Shown in pieces: positions 39,226 through 48,342 of a stretch of 64,000 nucleotides of DNA. The position numbers and the translations under genes are program-made. How positions within the stretch are numbered: the stretch's first letter is position 1; each line of letters begins with the position of its first letter. The notes beneath the pieces were generated by a model, which saw only the letters and a program-made list of their open reading frames with translations, was not told where the DNA came from and ran no database searches. The stretch lies in IMG/VR virus record IMGVR_UViG_3300042261_002385, positions 372,266-436,265 of that record; one strand, 5' to 3'.

Positions 39226-39519
39226 ATGTCATTCGTTAAAATCAATCAGGGAAAAGTTGAACTTCGTAACTGTTGGGGTGTATTAACTCGATACATCACT
39301 GATAGAGCTAAAAGCTGTAATATAAATCAATCACAAGACCTTATCTTAGTTACTAAATTAAATGGTCAAGTAGAACTTAGAAAATCAAATGGTATGTTAG
39401 TTAGAACTATTACCAATGCGGCCGAAGATGCTAAGTTTCAAGGTGATGATATCTTAGTGATTAAATATCCAAAATGTGAACTAAGAAATCAATGGGGTGT
39501 CTTAATTAGAAAGGTTTAA
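39226..39519 (+). CDS. Protein with three internal G.VELR...G.L.R.I repeats
   Basis: Repeats visible in translation; promoter 39201. Confidence 0.7.
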   Translation: MSFVKINQGKVELRNCWGVLTRYITDRAKSCNINQSQDLILVTKLNGQVELRKSNGMLVRTITNAAEDAKFQGDDILVIKYPKCELRNQWGVLIRKV

Positions 39520-39868
39520 TTGATAATCAAGTTTTGCTAATTATCTAGAATGGAATGCTCATAAACATCAGTATTTACAAGACTTTTAGATAAATTCTAA
39601 ATAACACTATTATATATATTGTATTATGAAGAAAGATAATTTAATTCCTATTGCTATCTTAATCGGTTGGTTTACGATTGTAATAGCATTTGCTATTTAC
39701 ATGGGATAAGATTAATAATATCTTATTTCTGTTACTTTATGACCTGAAACCTTTTTGTCTGCTTAAAACGTTATTGAAAATAAATATATAATAAAAATTA
39801 GGCGGATTATGAAAGTGATAATCCAAACGAAGAGTATTTCAATCTTAAAATAGTTGGATAATATCTAT

Positions 39869-40288
39869 ATGAAAAGAATTAAATCATTCATTTTGTTTGA
39901 GACATTTGATGAACAAGATGACGTCTATCAAATTACCACTACTGTAAAAGAAATGTTATTAGAGTTAGACTTCTTAGATATTGAAAAAAGAGTTGATATT
40001 GTTAAAAATCATTCTAAATTACAAATTGATGAATCCCCTGAGATTATTGTAATTAATCTATGGAAGAAGGCAATTAAAAAAGAAGACTATGGATTTAGAG
40101 CTTCTTATCATTGGAATGATGTTAAAGATGTTATAGTGCCAGTTATTGATTATTTAGAAGCGGAAGGATTTACTTGGCAAATGGATAGGGGAACGCTTGC
40201 TTATAATGGAGTTCCTATTATATCTACATCAGGTAGTCAGCAATTCGATACTGTTAGGAGTAAAGTAGAAATGTGGTTTATAAGATGA
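39869..40288 (+). CDS. N-tagged paralogue-family protein (close to 51347)
   Basis: MKRIKSFILFET; start moved from 39854. Confidence 0.72.
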   Translation: MKRIKSFILFETFDEQDDVYQITTTVKEMLLELDFLDIEKRVDIVKNHSKLQIDESPEIIVINLWKKAIKKEDYGFRASYHWNDVKDVIVPVIDYLEAEGFTWQMDRGTLAYNGVPIISTSGSQQFDTVRSKVEMWFIR

Positions 40289-40704
40289 GAAAGATTAAGT
40301 CATTTAAGTTATTTGAAAGTGATTATCTACCACTAAATTTTGATTATACACAGTATGATGAAGACCATAAATTCATTTCAGATACACTTTTAGATTTAGA
40401 AGACATAGGATATAAAATCAAAATCTCACCAGATGGAATTTCTAGTCATATAGGAATTAATGAAGAAATGCCATTCTTTATAATTGATAATAAAAAATAC
40501 TTTAAATTTTCTGATGTTAAAGAACAACTTCTTCAAATTAAATCTTACTTAGATGATAGATGGTTTAAGTGTGGTGTTCTTTTTGAAGGTGATCCTAAAA
40601 GACTAGAAGTTTATATAGATGAAAAAGATTATGACTATTTAGATGATTGGTTTCAAACATCAACTACAGCAATCGTAAATTTAGCAGTCTATTTTAATAT
40701 ATAG
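40285..40704 (+). CDS. N-tagged paralogue-family protein
   Basis: MRKIKSFKLFES; start moved from 40273. Confidence 0.72.
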   Translation: MRKIKSFKLFESDYLPLNFDYTQYDEDHKFISDTLLDLEDIGYKIKISPDGISSHIGINEEMPFFIIDNKKYFKFSDVKEQLLQIKSYLDDRWFKCGVLFEGDPKRLEVYIDEKDYDYLDDWFQTSTTAIVNLAVYFNI

Positions 40705-40707
40705 TTA

Positions 40708-41187
40708 GTGAAACATTTAAAATCATATAAAGTATTTGAAAATTCGGGTTCTGGAAATGCCCAATTTGATTGGTTGAGAAAACAAAATAATGAAAGATTT
40801 TTTAAGTTAGCAGATATACTTTATTCTGAAGTTTTTGATGAGTATGATGTTATCGAAAAAAAAGATGAAAGTTTTGATGGCCAAGCCGATCCTACTCACA
40901 AATTCTGGGGATTCAATTTATTAAACGGAGGTTTTGTAAAAAATAAAAGTGAAATCTCAGACACTGATTCTATTAAATCAATTTTCGTTTACAATATACC
41001 AGAACACGAAGAAAGTGAATTTTATGAATTGTTAAAAAGTTTAGATGAAAGAGTTTTTGATTATTGTGAAAAACATTTAGTCGTTACTCAAGAATCATAT
41101 GTCAATGATTATGTTTACTTTGACTTTATAATATCTTTCGGAGATGAAACTGCTTTTTATAACGAGTTAGGCGCACCACTTACTTGA
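40708..41187 (+). CDS. Hypothetical N-tagged protein
   Basis: MKHLKSYKVFEN. Confidence 0.72.
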   Translation: MKHLKSYKVFENSGSGNAQFDWLRKQNNERFFKLADILYSEVFDEYDVIEKKDESFDGQADPTHKFWGFNLLNGGFVKNKSEISDTDSIKSIFVYNIPEHEESEFYELLKSLDERVFDYCEKHLVVTQESYVNDYVYFDFIISFGDETAFYNELGAPLT

Positions 41188-41202
41188 AAACTTGAATAAA
41201 CT

Positions 41203-41679
41203 ATGAAAAGAATAAAGACATTTAAACTATTTGAATCAGTATCCGAACAAATTATAAGAGACATACTCTTAGATCTAACTGATGATAGTAATTTCAATGT
41301 TAATATCAAAAAGGTAGATTATCATTTAGAAGTTGTTATAACGAGGGGTTCTTATTTAGATTCAAGAAAAACAAGAGAGATTCCAGGAGCACCTGAAGCA
41401 CCAGGTGGATATCCAAATAATTTATTTTTATGGTTTGAAATCAAAGATGTTATTATAAGATTATGTGAGTATGTTTATTCAGAAACTGAATTAAAACCAA
41501 TTGAGAATAGACATTTTCAACAATGGTATTTACAGGCAGAACATTTTTCAAAATCACCATTTAGAATGAAAAATCTTGGTATTGGAAGTGAGTTTGGTAT
41601 AGGATGGCACAAAGCAGAAGATTTTACTTTAGGTGATTTTATTTCTTTTACTGGATTAAAATTAATAATTAAATTGTGA
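41203..41679 (+). CDS. N-tagged paralogue-family protein
   Basis: MKRIKTFKLFES; IRDILLDLTDD. Confidence 0.72.
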   Translation: MKRIKTFKLFESVSEQIIRDILLDLTDDSNFNVNIKKVDYHLEVVITRGSYLDSRKTREIPGAPEAPGGYPNNLFLWFEIKDVIIRLCEYVYSETELKPIENRHFQQWYLQAEHFSKSPFRMKNLGIGSEFGIGWHKAEDFTLGDFISFTGLKLIIKL

Positions 41680-41948
41680 GAAGAATAAAGACATACAAAT
41701 TATTTGAATCTGTTCAAAACTGGATAGAGATTAATGATAAACTTTGTAGAGATTTCGAGTTTTCTGATTTCAATGAAGCTTTACAATTCATTAATAAAAT
41801 ATCAGATATTTGTGAATCAGAAAATCATCATCCCGAAATCAATTGGACTTATAATAAGATAACTCTAAAGTTATCAACACACGATGCAGGAGATATTATC
41901 ACTGATAAAGATTTCAGATTAGCTAAATTAATAGATGATTTAGTATAG
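41676..41948 (+). CDS. phhB: Pterin-4-alpha-carbinolamine dehydratase with N-terminal tag
   Basis: F.F.DF..A..F.N......E..NHHP......LSTHDAG..T.KD. Confidence 0.88.
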   Translation: MRRIKTYKLFESVQNWIEINDKLCRDFEFSDFNEALQFINKISDICESENHHPEINWTYNKITLKLSTHDAGDIITDKDFRLAKLIDDLV

Positions 41949-41952
41949 GCAT

Positions 41953-41988
41953 AAAAAAACCTCATCAATTGATGAGGTTTATTTTTTT
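41953..41988. terminator. Bidirectional intrinsic terminator
   Basis: aaacctcatcaa-ttgatgaggttt between convergent genes. Confidence 0.8.
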
Positions 41989-41990
41989 GA

Positions 41991-42275
41991 TTACTGTCTT
42001 GCTGGAAATATACCTTGAACACAAATATAACTTTCAATGTATGGTGTTCCATCAGGTAATAAATCACCTTGTCTTAAGTATTGGCCATTAGCATCTTTCT
42101 TTCTTAAATCAGGTAGTTTGAAATTTGTTTGACCATCGCCTCCAAACTGAGTTCCTAAAAGTGCAAAAAGAGCTTGATTTTGTGCAATACCAATTGTTTG
42201 ACCGTGGCAAATCATCCAGCCTTGAGTTTCAAACATAAAAACAAATTGTTTAATAGTTCCTATAAATTCATCCAT
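41991..42275 (-). CDS. Stand-alone phage tail collar domain protein
   Basis: FIGTI...GWMICHGQ......QALFALLGT.FGGDG.TNFKLPDLR. Confidence 0.88.
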   Translation of the reverse strand: MDEFIGTIKQFVFMFETQGWMICHGQTIGIAQNQALFALLGTQFGGDGQTNFKLPDLRKKDANGQYLRQGDLLPDGTPYIESYICVQGIFPARQ

Positions 42276-42311
42276 AATAAATAATAATTTTAGTTTATAT
42301 ATCTAAAATGA

Positions 42312-43172
42312 TTATCTTAATTTGGCAATAGCTGAATTCTTAATCTGACGACATCTTTCTTGACCAACTCCAATCACATTAGAGATTTCAGAAATTGTCA
42401 TTTCAGAATGACCTGATAGCCCAAATGACATTTCAATAACCAATCGTTCTCTATCTGATAAACGAGTAAGTAGTTGTGATATCTCATACTTAACAGAATC
42501 AACTTCTAAGTCTTTATCAGTTTCTGAATCAGAACTTATTGTATCAATTAAAGTAAGGCTATCTTCATCAAAAGATATTTGACTATCTAATGAACTAACA
42601 TAAGCAGATGATTTTAAACTTAATTCAATCTTACTTACATCAACACCTAAAGCTTCAGATAGTTCTTCGGCAGTCGCTGGTCTTAATAACTTCTGTTCTA
42701 AGTTGATTTGACATTCTCTAATCTTATTTAAACTATTGATTTGATTTAAGGGAAGTCTAATCATTCTGGAGTTATCTGCCAAACTTTGAAGTATTGATTG
42801 ACGAATCCACCAAACAGCATATGAAATGAATTTTATACCTTTAGTTTCGTCAAACTTTTGTGCAGCTTTTATTAGACCAATGTTTCCTTCACTTACTAAG
42901 TCAGAGATATCTAAACCTCGACCTTGATATTGTTTTGCAATACTAACAACAAAACGTAAGTTAGCTTCGACTAATTCGTTTTGAGCTTTGAGACTTCCTT
43001 GTTTAATTTGTTTAGCAAGTTCTACCTCTCTGTCTGGAGTGATAAGTTGTTTAGGATTAATGTCTTTTAGATATTTATCAAAAGACTCGGAATCACGGTT
43101 AGTGATTGATTGTTGGATTTTCGTAGTGTTTCTCATATAATATAAATATACTATATAGACGTAAAAAGTCAA
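42312..43172 (-). CDS. rpoD: RNA polymerase sigma-70 factor, short Bacteroidota primary-sigma type
   Basis: ANLRFVVSIAKQYQGRG, EGNIGLIKAA..FD..KG.KFISYAVWWIRQSI. Confidence 0.9.
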   Translation of the reverse strand: MTFYVYIVYLYYMRNTTKIQQSITNRDSESFDKYLKDINPKQLITPDREVELAKQIKQGSLKAQNELVEANLRFVVSIAKQYQGRGLDISDLVSEGNIGLIKAAQKFDETKGIKFISYAVWWIRQSILQSLADNSRMIRLPLNQINSLNKIRECQINLEQKLLRPATAEELSEALGVDVSKIELSLKSSAYVSSLDSQISFDEDSLTLIDTISSDSETDKDLEVDSVKYEISQLLTRLSDRERLVIEMSFGLSGHSEMTISEISNVIGVGQERCRQIKNSAIAKLR

Positions 43173-43248
43173 TAAAGGTTACCAAAATTAACAATTTTTT
43201 TTGATTTTTTTAATTAAATATATACTTTATTAAAAAATAATAATTATA

Positions 43249-43485
43249 ATGAAACATATTAAAAATTATAGATTGTTTGAATCAGCTGGTCCAGAAGAAG
43301 CTTGGAGAGAATTATTCAAAAATTGGGATGGTAAAAGTCCGAATGCTCCATGGCACTATCAATATGATGAGTTCAAAAAAGAGCTTCAAGCAGAAGGTAA
43401 ATGGAAACCTGAATGGGATAAGAGTTTTAACTCTTCACGAGACCAAGCACAAGAAGATTATCTTACACATTTTAACAGACATTAA
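43249..43485 (+). CDS. Hypothetical N-tagged protein
   Basis: MKHIKNYRLFES; terminator 43491-43519. Confidence 0.7.
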   Translation: MKHIKNYRLFESAGPEEAWRELFKNWDGKSPNAPWHYQYDEFKKELQAEGKWKPEWDKSFNSSRDQAQEDYLTHFNRH

Positions 43486-43578
43486 ATTAAAGACCTCATT
43501 AAAAAGATGAGGTTTTTTTATGCTGTTTAATTTTTTTGTTTATCTTTGTCTTATTACTAACAATTTAAATTTATCATT

Positions 43579-43752
43579 ATGGAAAACATTAGAATGACTC
43601 CTGAACAGGAGCAAAAAGTAGCTGATTATGTATATCTTAAATACAAACAGTTTGAAAAGAAAACTTTGATTATCAAAGATAAAGGCACACACTATGAAGT
43701 ATTAGCTCACAAAGATGGTTCACCACTTATCTTAGGAAAAGATATTTTTTAA
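43579..43752 (+). CDS. 57-aa hypothetical protein absent from ORF track
   Basis: MENIRMTPEQEQKVADY...LILGKDIF*; TATCTTTG at 43541. Confidence 0.6.
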   Translation: MENIRMTPEQEQKVADYVYLKYKQFEKKTLIIKDKGTHYEVLAHKDGSPLILGKDIF

Positions 43753-43758
43753 ATCTCA

Positions 43759-43789
43759 TTTGAAATTTAAAAAAATTATCTTAAATTTG
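43759..43789 (+). promoter_or_regulatory. Bacteroidota promoter TTTG-N19-TAAATTTG
   Basis: -33 and -7 elements at consensus spacing. Confidence 0.7.
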
Positions 43790-43808
43790 TATAAAACTAT
43801 ATTACCGT

Positions 43809-44255
43809 ATGAAAAACAACTTTAAAACAAAATGGACTCGATTCAAACGTAAATTCATTGTAGCCTGGTATGGCCTTAGTGCAACACGAAGAGATTCTAG
43901 AATCCAAAAACCTAAAATGTCCGAGACCGAAGAACAAGCAGCCAGAATTTGGATTAAAGTAGTCCATCAAAAAGATTCTGATTTAATGTATAATCCACAA
44001 ACACACGAAGCTTATGCGCTCTGGGAATCACCAAGTGGAACTGTTTACCTATTCTTAGAAGCAGGAAACCTTAGAGTTATCAATACCGTTGTAGGTTATG
44101 ATATCAGATTAAGCTCACAAGTTGAACAGTGGTGTGCTAGTATCTTCTCACGAGAAGTGGCTAAACGTAGAGCGAAGTTTCGTAAGAATGCTGAATCTAA
44201 AGTAACACACTCATTAGATAGTCTTGAGACTAGATTAGAAACACTTGAGAAATAA
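43809..44255 (+). CDS. Hypothetical protein
   Basis: ORF. Confidence 0.7.
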   Translation: MKNNFKTKWTRFKRKFIVAWYGLSATRRDSRIQKPKMSETEEQAARIWIKVVHQKDSDLMYNPQTHEAYALWESPSGTVYLFLEAGNLRVINTVVGYDIRLSSQVEQWCASIFSREVAKRRAKFRKNAESKVTHSLDSLETRLETLEK

Positions 44256-44468
44256 TGTTATATGTTGTTAAAGTAAAAGATAAAGATTTGTTTTTTACTC
44301 GTGATGATTCAGATGAATGGATTTCTGAAATCCCACTTATTGTTACTTTAAAAGAAGCCGAGACCATTATGACTTGGGCGAAAACAAAGATACCCGATTT
44401 GTCAGAAGATAATTGGTATCAAAAACAAGATTTAGAAATTAGACAAATAACATATCAAATTATTTAAT

Positions 44469-44633
44469 CTTAGTGACCGTTAGTTGCACTAAGCTCTATG
44501 TCAAGATAGAGAATATAATCAATTAAGACTTGACTCAACTTAATTGTTTCGCTATTGACACTGAGCGAACGGGGTTTAAATCCACCTGTCTGTAAGATGG
44601 GGTCCAGAAGATGGGTGAATCAGTGTCTTTTTT
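44469..44633 (+). ncRNA. Candidate structured RNA with complementary loops
   Basis: Stems cttagtg/cactaag, ctctat/atagag, caattaag/cttaattg, gacactga/tcagtgtc; loop gtcaag complementary to cttgac. Confidence 0.55.
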
Positions 44634-44642
44634 ATTTTAACT

Positions 44643-44906
44643 ATGATAGTATTCAATACAATAAAGAAAGCAGAACACTGGTTAAAGTGGTATTCTAAAC
44701 ATAACGATTATCATAGAGATGGTTATGATTGGGAATCTGTTTCAACTTATATTGATGGAAATCTTGTTGTAACTCGTCACCAAGGTGATGGTTGTGGGTG
44801 TGGATGTGACGACCATCATTTTGATTTCATCACAGTTCATGGTAGAATTAAAAAATTCGATACTAAATCTATTCGTGGTGAAAAGATAAATGACTTAGGT
44901 GTATGA
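44643..44906 (+). CDS. Hypothetical protein with C-terminal tag (RGEKINDLGV)
   Basis: ORF; CGCGC motif; tag. Confidence 0.7.
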   Translation: MIVFNTIKKAEHWLKWYSKHNDYHRDGYDWESVSTYIDGNLVVTRHQGDGCGCGCDDHHFDFITVHGRIKKFDTKSIRGEKINDLGV

Positions 44907-45106
44907 TAGTTAAATGTAAATCAGATAATGACTCTGTTGGTAAACTTAAAGGCTTGACTATTGATAAATCATATACAGTTACTGGTATTGATAAAATAGG
45001 GTATAGAATAGTTGATAATGAATTTAGAAACTATTGGTATACAAAAGAATTGTTTTATCCGATAGATGAAGAAAGAAATAAAAAATTAAATGCCTTAGGA
45101 ATATGA
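44903..45106 (+). CDS. Hypothetical protein with C-terminal tag (RNKKLNALGI)
   Basis: ORF; similar architecture to 24558 and 10427. Confidence 0.7.
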   Translation: MIVKCKSDNDSVGKLKGLTIDKSYTVTGIDKIGYRIVDNEFRNYWYTKELFYPIDEERNKKLNALGI

Positions 45107-45450
45107 AAACCCCAGATGAAATTAGATTAGAAGAAACTAAAAAGTGTAAAGGATACACTAATAGACAATTACGTTTTAATCTTATAATTTATAACTTCTT
45201 TAAATTTCTTTTTTCAAGAACATTTATGTTTATTTTCTATGCTACACTAATCGTAATAATGTCAATGTTTATGATGGTTCCAATCGAAATTAGAATCTTC
45301 TTTGGTCTTATATCACACTTTATTCTTTTTATGGTATTTGATCCACTGATAAGTAAGTTTGTTGGTGTAGACTATACCAAAAAAGAAATCAATATCTTAA
45401 TACAGGTCAATAAAGAGATTCTAAAACAAAGACTAAATGAAAGAAGTTGA
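45103..45450 (+). CDS. Membrane protein
   Basis: Two hydrophobic segments. Confidence 0.65.
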   Translation: MKTPDEIRLEETKKCKGYTNRQLRFNLIIYNFFKFLFSRTFMFIFYATLIVIMSMFMMVPIEIRIFFGLISHFILFMVFDPLISKFVGVDYTKKEINILIQVNKEILKQRLNERS

Positions 45451-45916
45451 AATCCTTTTAGACATCATAAATAAACTTCCAGGAGTCGAAGTTACTGGTC
45501 ATATCTTAGACAGATCTTTTGACCAAATTAAATCAAAATGGTCAGGGCCCCTTATCTTTTTACATATAGATGAAAGTGAACAAGAAGGTTTATTCTTCTT
45601 AACCAGAGTATTAGATAAGAGATATTTTCAACACGGACATCTTTGGAGAATCGAACTATCAGTTGGAGACCTTAATTATAACAATGGTGATAGACCAATC
45701 ACCTATCAGATATTTAGACCACTAGTAGGAATCGAAACTGAAGAAACATTAGTCAGGGAATATAGTGACTTGATTGAAAACATGGTTTATCATTTCAATC
45801 ACAGTGAGTTTATGGACTGTTATAGAATGTGTAGAGAAAAATATAGTAATAGTAGACTTCATTGGACTAACGAGGCTTGGTTAAGAAAAGATAAATTAAA
45901 CAGATTAGGAATATAA
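45437..45916 (+). CDS. Hypothetical protein with C-terminal tag (RKDKLNRLGI)
   Basis: ORF; tag. Confidence 0.72.
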   Translation: MKEVEILLDIINKLPGVEVTGHILDRSFDQIKSKWSGPLIFLHIDESEQEGLFFLTRVLDKRYFQHGHLWRIELSVGDLNYNNGDRPITYQIFRPLVGIETEETLVREYSDLIENMVYHFNHSEFMDCYRMCREKYSNSRLHWTNEAWLRKDKLNRLGI

Positions 45917-45940
45917 ACAAAAATTAAATAATTTAGGAGT

Positions 45941-46288
45941 ATGAATAATTTTTTAGATGATACCGATATTTTTATAAAGGATAACTTAGACTGGATATTA
46001 GCTGGTAACTATGATGATAAGTTTAATAAAGAACAGTTAGATAAGATGATTGAACTAAGTTTTCTTTATAATCATATGATATTAGAAAACGATAAACTTA
46101 CTTTTGAGTATAGTAAGTATCAAATAAATCTAACTAATCTTTATGAACAATATAGTGAGTTGGTTTATCAATTAGGTAGAGAAGGAGTAAAGAATATGAT
46201 TATCACTACAATCACTTCACAGGACCAATTTAAGTTAGCTTTTAAATCATTCTTAAGAGATAGAAAGATTAATAAAATTATCGAATAA
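45941..46288 (+). CDS. Hypothetical protein with C-terminal tag (RDRKINKIIE)
   Basis: ORF; tag. Confidence 0.72.
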   Translation: MNNFLDDTDIFIKDNLDWILAGNYDDKFNKEQLDKMIELSFLYNHMILENDKLTFEYSKYQINLTNLYEQYSELVYQLGREGVKNMIITTITSQDQFKLAFKSFLRDRKINKIIE

Positions 46289-46294
46289 TCGAAT

Positions 46295-46436
46295 ATGAGA
46301 AGAAGACATCCAGAAATTAAAGGGTATAAAAGGGTATATTCTTATTTTAGATTATTCCGGTAATCGAAGACCACTCGGAACATTTGAACCGTAAGACGTG
46401 ATAAGAGATAAGAAGTTAAAGAAACTTGGAATATAA
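46295..46436 (+). pseudogene. Broken gene, or 12-aa tag-only ORF (GTG 46398, MIRDKKLKKLGI)
   Basis: Perfect tag preceded by an in-frame TAA and an upstream frameshift. Confidence 0.45.
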
Positions 46437-46458
46437 ATGAAAAGATATCTATAGAAAT

Positions 46459-46776
46459 ATGAAATGTTATAAGCTAGTCGATAACACACCAGTTAAATGT
46501 GAATTAGATGAGATAGATATGAAGGATAAAACTCTTTGGTATGATGATTTCTCAGGAGTTCAAGTTTCTACTGTATTCTTAGTTTGGGACCATTCATTCG
46601 GAAATGGAGCACAACCAGTTCTTTTTGAAACAATGGTGTTTGGTGGCGTCTATAATGACTATCAAATCAGATATAATACTTATGAAGAAGCCGAAGCAGG
46701 TCATAAAGAAACGTGTTATATGGTTAATAAAATATCTGATGATAGACAAAAAAAATTAGATGATTTAGGTATCTAA
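46459..46776 (+). CDS. Hypothetical protein with C-terminal tag (RQKKLDDLGI)
   Basis: VSTVFL..DH......LFETMVFGG motif; tag. Confidence 0.72.
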   Translation: MKCYKLVDNTPVKCELDEIDMKDKTLWYDDFSGVQVSTVFLVWDHSFGNGAQPVLFETMVFGGVYNDYQIRYNTYEEAEAGHKETCYMVNKISDDRQKKLDDLGI

Positions 46777-46778
46777 AA

Positions 46779-46809
46779 TTTGTATTATCAAATAATTTCC
46801 TTATCTTTG
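46779..46809 (+). promoter_or_regulatory. Bacteroidota promoter TTTG-N19-TATCTTTG
   Basis: Consensus elements and spacing. Confidence 0.72.
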
Positions 46810-46811
46810 TA

Positions 46812-46902
46812 GTGTCAGAAAAGATAACGGTTGCCGACGATATCAAAGTATGAAGGGCGGGGGTAAGACCACGAAGTAAATCAGAGGCAGGCTGCCTTTT
46901 TA
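46812..46902 (+). ncRNA. Candidate small RNA or attenuating leader
   Basis: GC-rich island after promoter, ending aggca-ggc-tgcct + T run, upstream of methyltransferase. Confidence 0.35.
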
Positions 46903-46943
46903 AAAAAAAAGAACTTTTCTACTTTGTAAGAGTAAAATTAATA

Positions 46944-47531
46944 ATGAAAATAGTAAACAATAGAATAGACTTCTTAAACGAAGTTAAGACACTCATACCA
47001 GACAACCCAACGTGTATTGAAATAGGAGTAGAAAAAGGAGATTTTAGTAAACTACTTATACAATATCTGACACCTAAAAAACTATTCTTAGTAGATCCGT
47101 GGCAAACCGGTCACGATAAAAACTCAGAACCTAATTATGGAACAGTGTTAAATAGTTTACCAACCGCTTACTCTACAGAACAAGATTACGCTTCTATCTT
47201 AACTCATTTCTATAAAGATATAAAATCAAATAAGGTTATTGTAAGACCGGACTTCTCATATAATGTAGTAGATGATTTTCCTGACAACTATTTTGACTTT
47301 ATCTATATTGACTCCTGTCACCTTTATGATTCTGTTAAGGCAGATTTAAATGATTTTCTACCTAAATTAAAAGTAGACGGTATAATGGCCGGTCATGACT
47401 ATTTTAACTATGATAACTTTGGCGTAATCAAAGCAGTAGACGAGTTCTGTATTGAACACGGTTTTGAAAAAATAGTAATGGCTCAACCATCTTGGGATTG
47501 GGCACTTAGAAAAACAAATCTTAATTTCTAA
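46944..47531 (+). CDS. Class I SAM-dependent methyltransferase (Methyltransf_24-like)
   Basis: IEIGVEKG, FDFIYIDSCH.Y, GIMAGHDY. Confidence 0.88.
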   Translation: MKIVNNRIDFLNEVKTLIPDNPTCIEIGVEKGDFSKLLIQYLTPKKLFLVDPWQTGHDKNSEPNYGTVLNSLPTAYSTEQDYASILTHFYKDIKSNKVIVRPDFSYNVVDDFPDNYFDFIYIDSCHLYDSVKADLNDFLPKLKVDGIMAGHDYFNYDNFGVIKAVDEFCIEHGFEKIVMAQPSWDWALRKTNLNF

Positions 47532-47736
47532 CTATTATTTTGATTAAATAATAAATATTAAGTATATTTGTGATATGAAGACATATTATTTAATCGTAAG
47601 TCTATTAGCAGTTATTGGATTATCTCAATTGCTATCTGACTATCCTATCTTAGTTGGTTTAATTTCATTTGGAATCGCTATTGGTTACTCTAATGAACTG
47701 CACATACTTAAACAGAAAACTAATAAACAGTAGTCT

Positions 47737-47973
47737 ATGAAAGTATTCTTTGAATTAGAAGTAGGGTTATTTGACCGTGCTTCAATAAGAACGCAATTAA
47801 ATAACTCTAAAGCAAAACTCGAATATTGGTATCCCCAGTGTCGTGTTCTTCTTACAGAAGATAAGAATTGGTTTGAATCAAAGTTTTATTTTGAAGCTGA
47901 TGGTTTACCAGATACGGCTAAACTACATATGCAACATTGGCTAGGTAAACTAAAGAGTTTAGCAAAATTATGA
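47737..47973 (+). CDS. Hypothetical protein
   Basis: ORF in operon behind TTTG-N20-TATATTTG (47539-47570). Confidence 0.65.
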   Translation: MKVFFELEVGLFDRASIRTQLNNSKAKLEYWYPQCRVLLTEDKNWFESKFYFEADGLPDTAKLHMQHWLGKLKSLAKL

Positions 47974-48338
47974 TAGAAAAACTATGGAATGATATTAGAC
48001 TTATCTATGACGGTTATAATTTTAAGAGTAATTCATTAGTAGATGATCTAATGATTGTCTCACAAGATAACTATTACATAGTAAATTTCAGCCGTTCGGA
48101 TAGCCTGTCTAAAAAAAGAATCACTACTCAAATAAGAATCGAAAAGAACTATAATTTAGTTAATATGTGGTCTATAGGTAAACAATTCGATGATAGATAC
48201 CACAATAAAACAGATTATAAACTCACGGTTCAAACAAATAATAAAATAGAAGTAGATGAAAACCACAAAATTGAATTAGCATATAAAATAATCACACCAT
48301 TCCTAAGAGAAGTTAAACTTGCTAAGATTATAAACTAA
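47970..48338 (+). CDS. Hypothetical protein with C-terminal tag (REVKLAKIIN)
   Basis: ORF; tag. Confidence 0.7.
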   Translation: MIEKLWNDIRLIYDGYNFKSNSLVDDLMIVSQDNYYIVNFSRSDSLSKKRITTQIRIEKNYNLVNMWSIGKQFDDRYHNKTDYKLTVQTNNKIEVDENHKIELAYKIITPFLREVKLAKIIN

Positions 48339-48342
48339 AGAT

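Noticed and set aside
44557-44627. tRNA or tRNA-Sec (8-bp closing stem, T-loop-like segment)
   Set aside because: T-loop-like motif lies in the 5' half, no proper D or anticodon arm, no CCA; kept only as an unassigned ncRNA candidate
46850-46890. Pistol ribozyme or ZTP riboswitch
   Set aside because: Only a superficial GG...CCACG likeness; the required pseudoknot partner and conserved cores are missing
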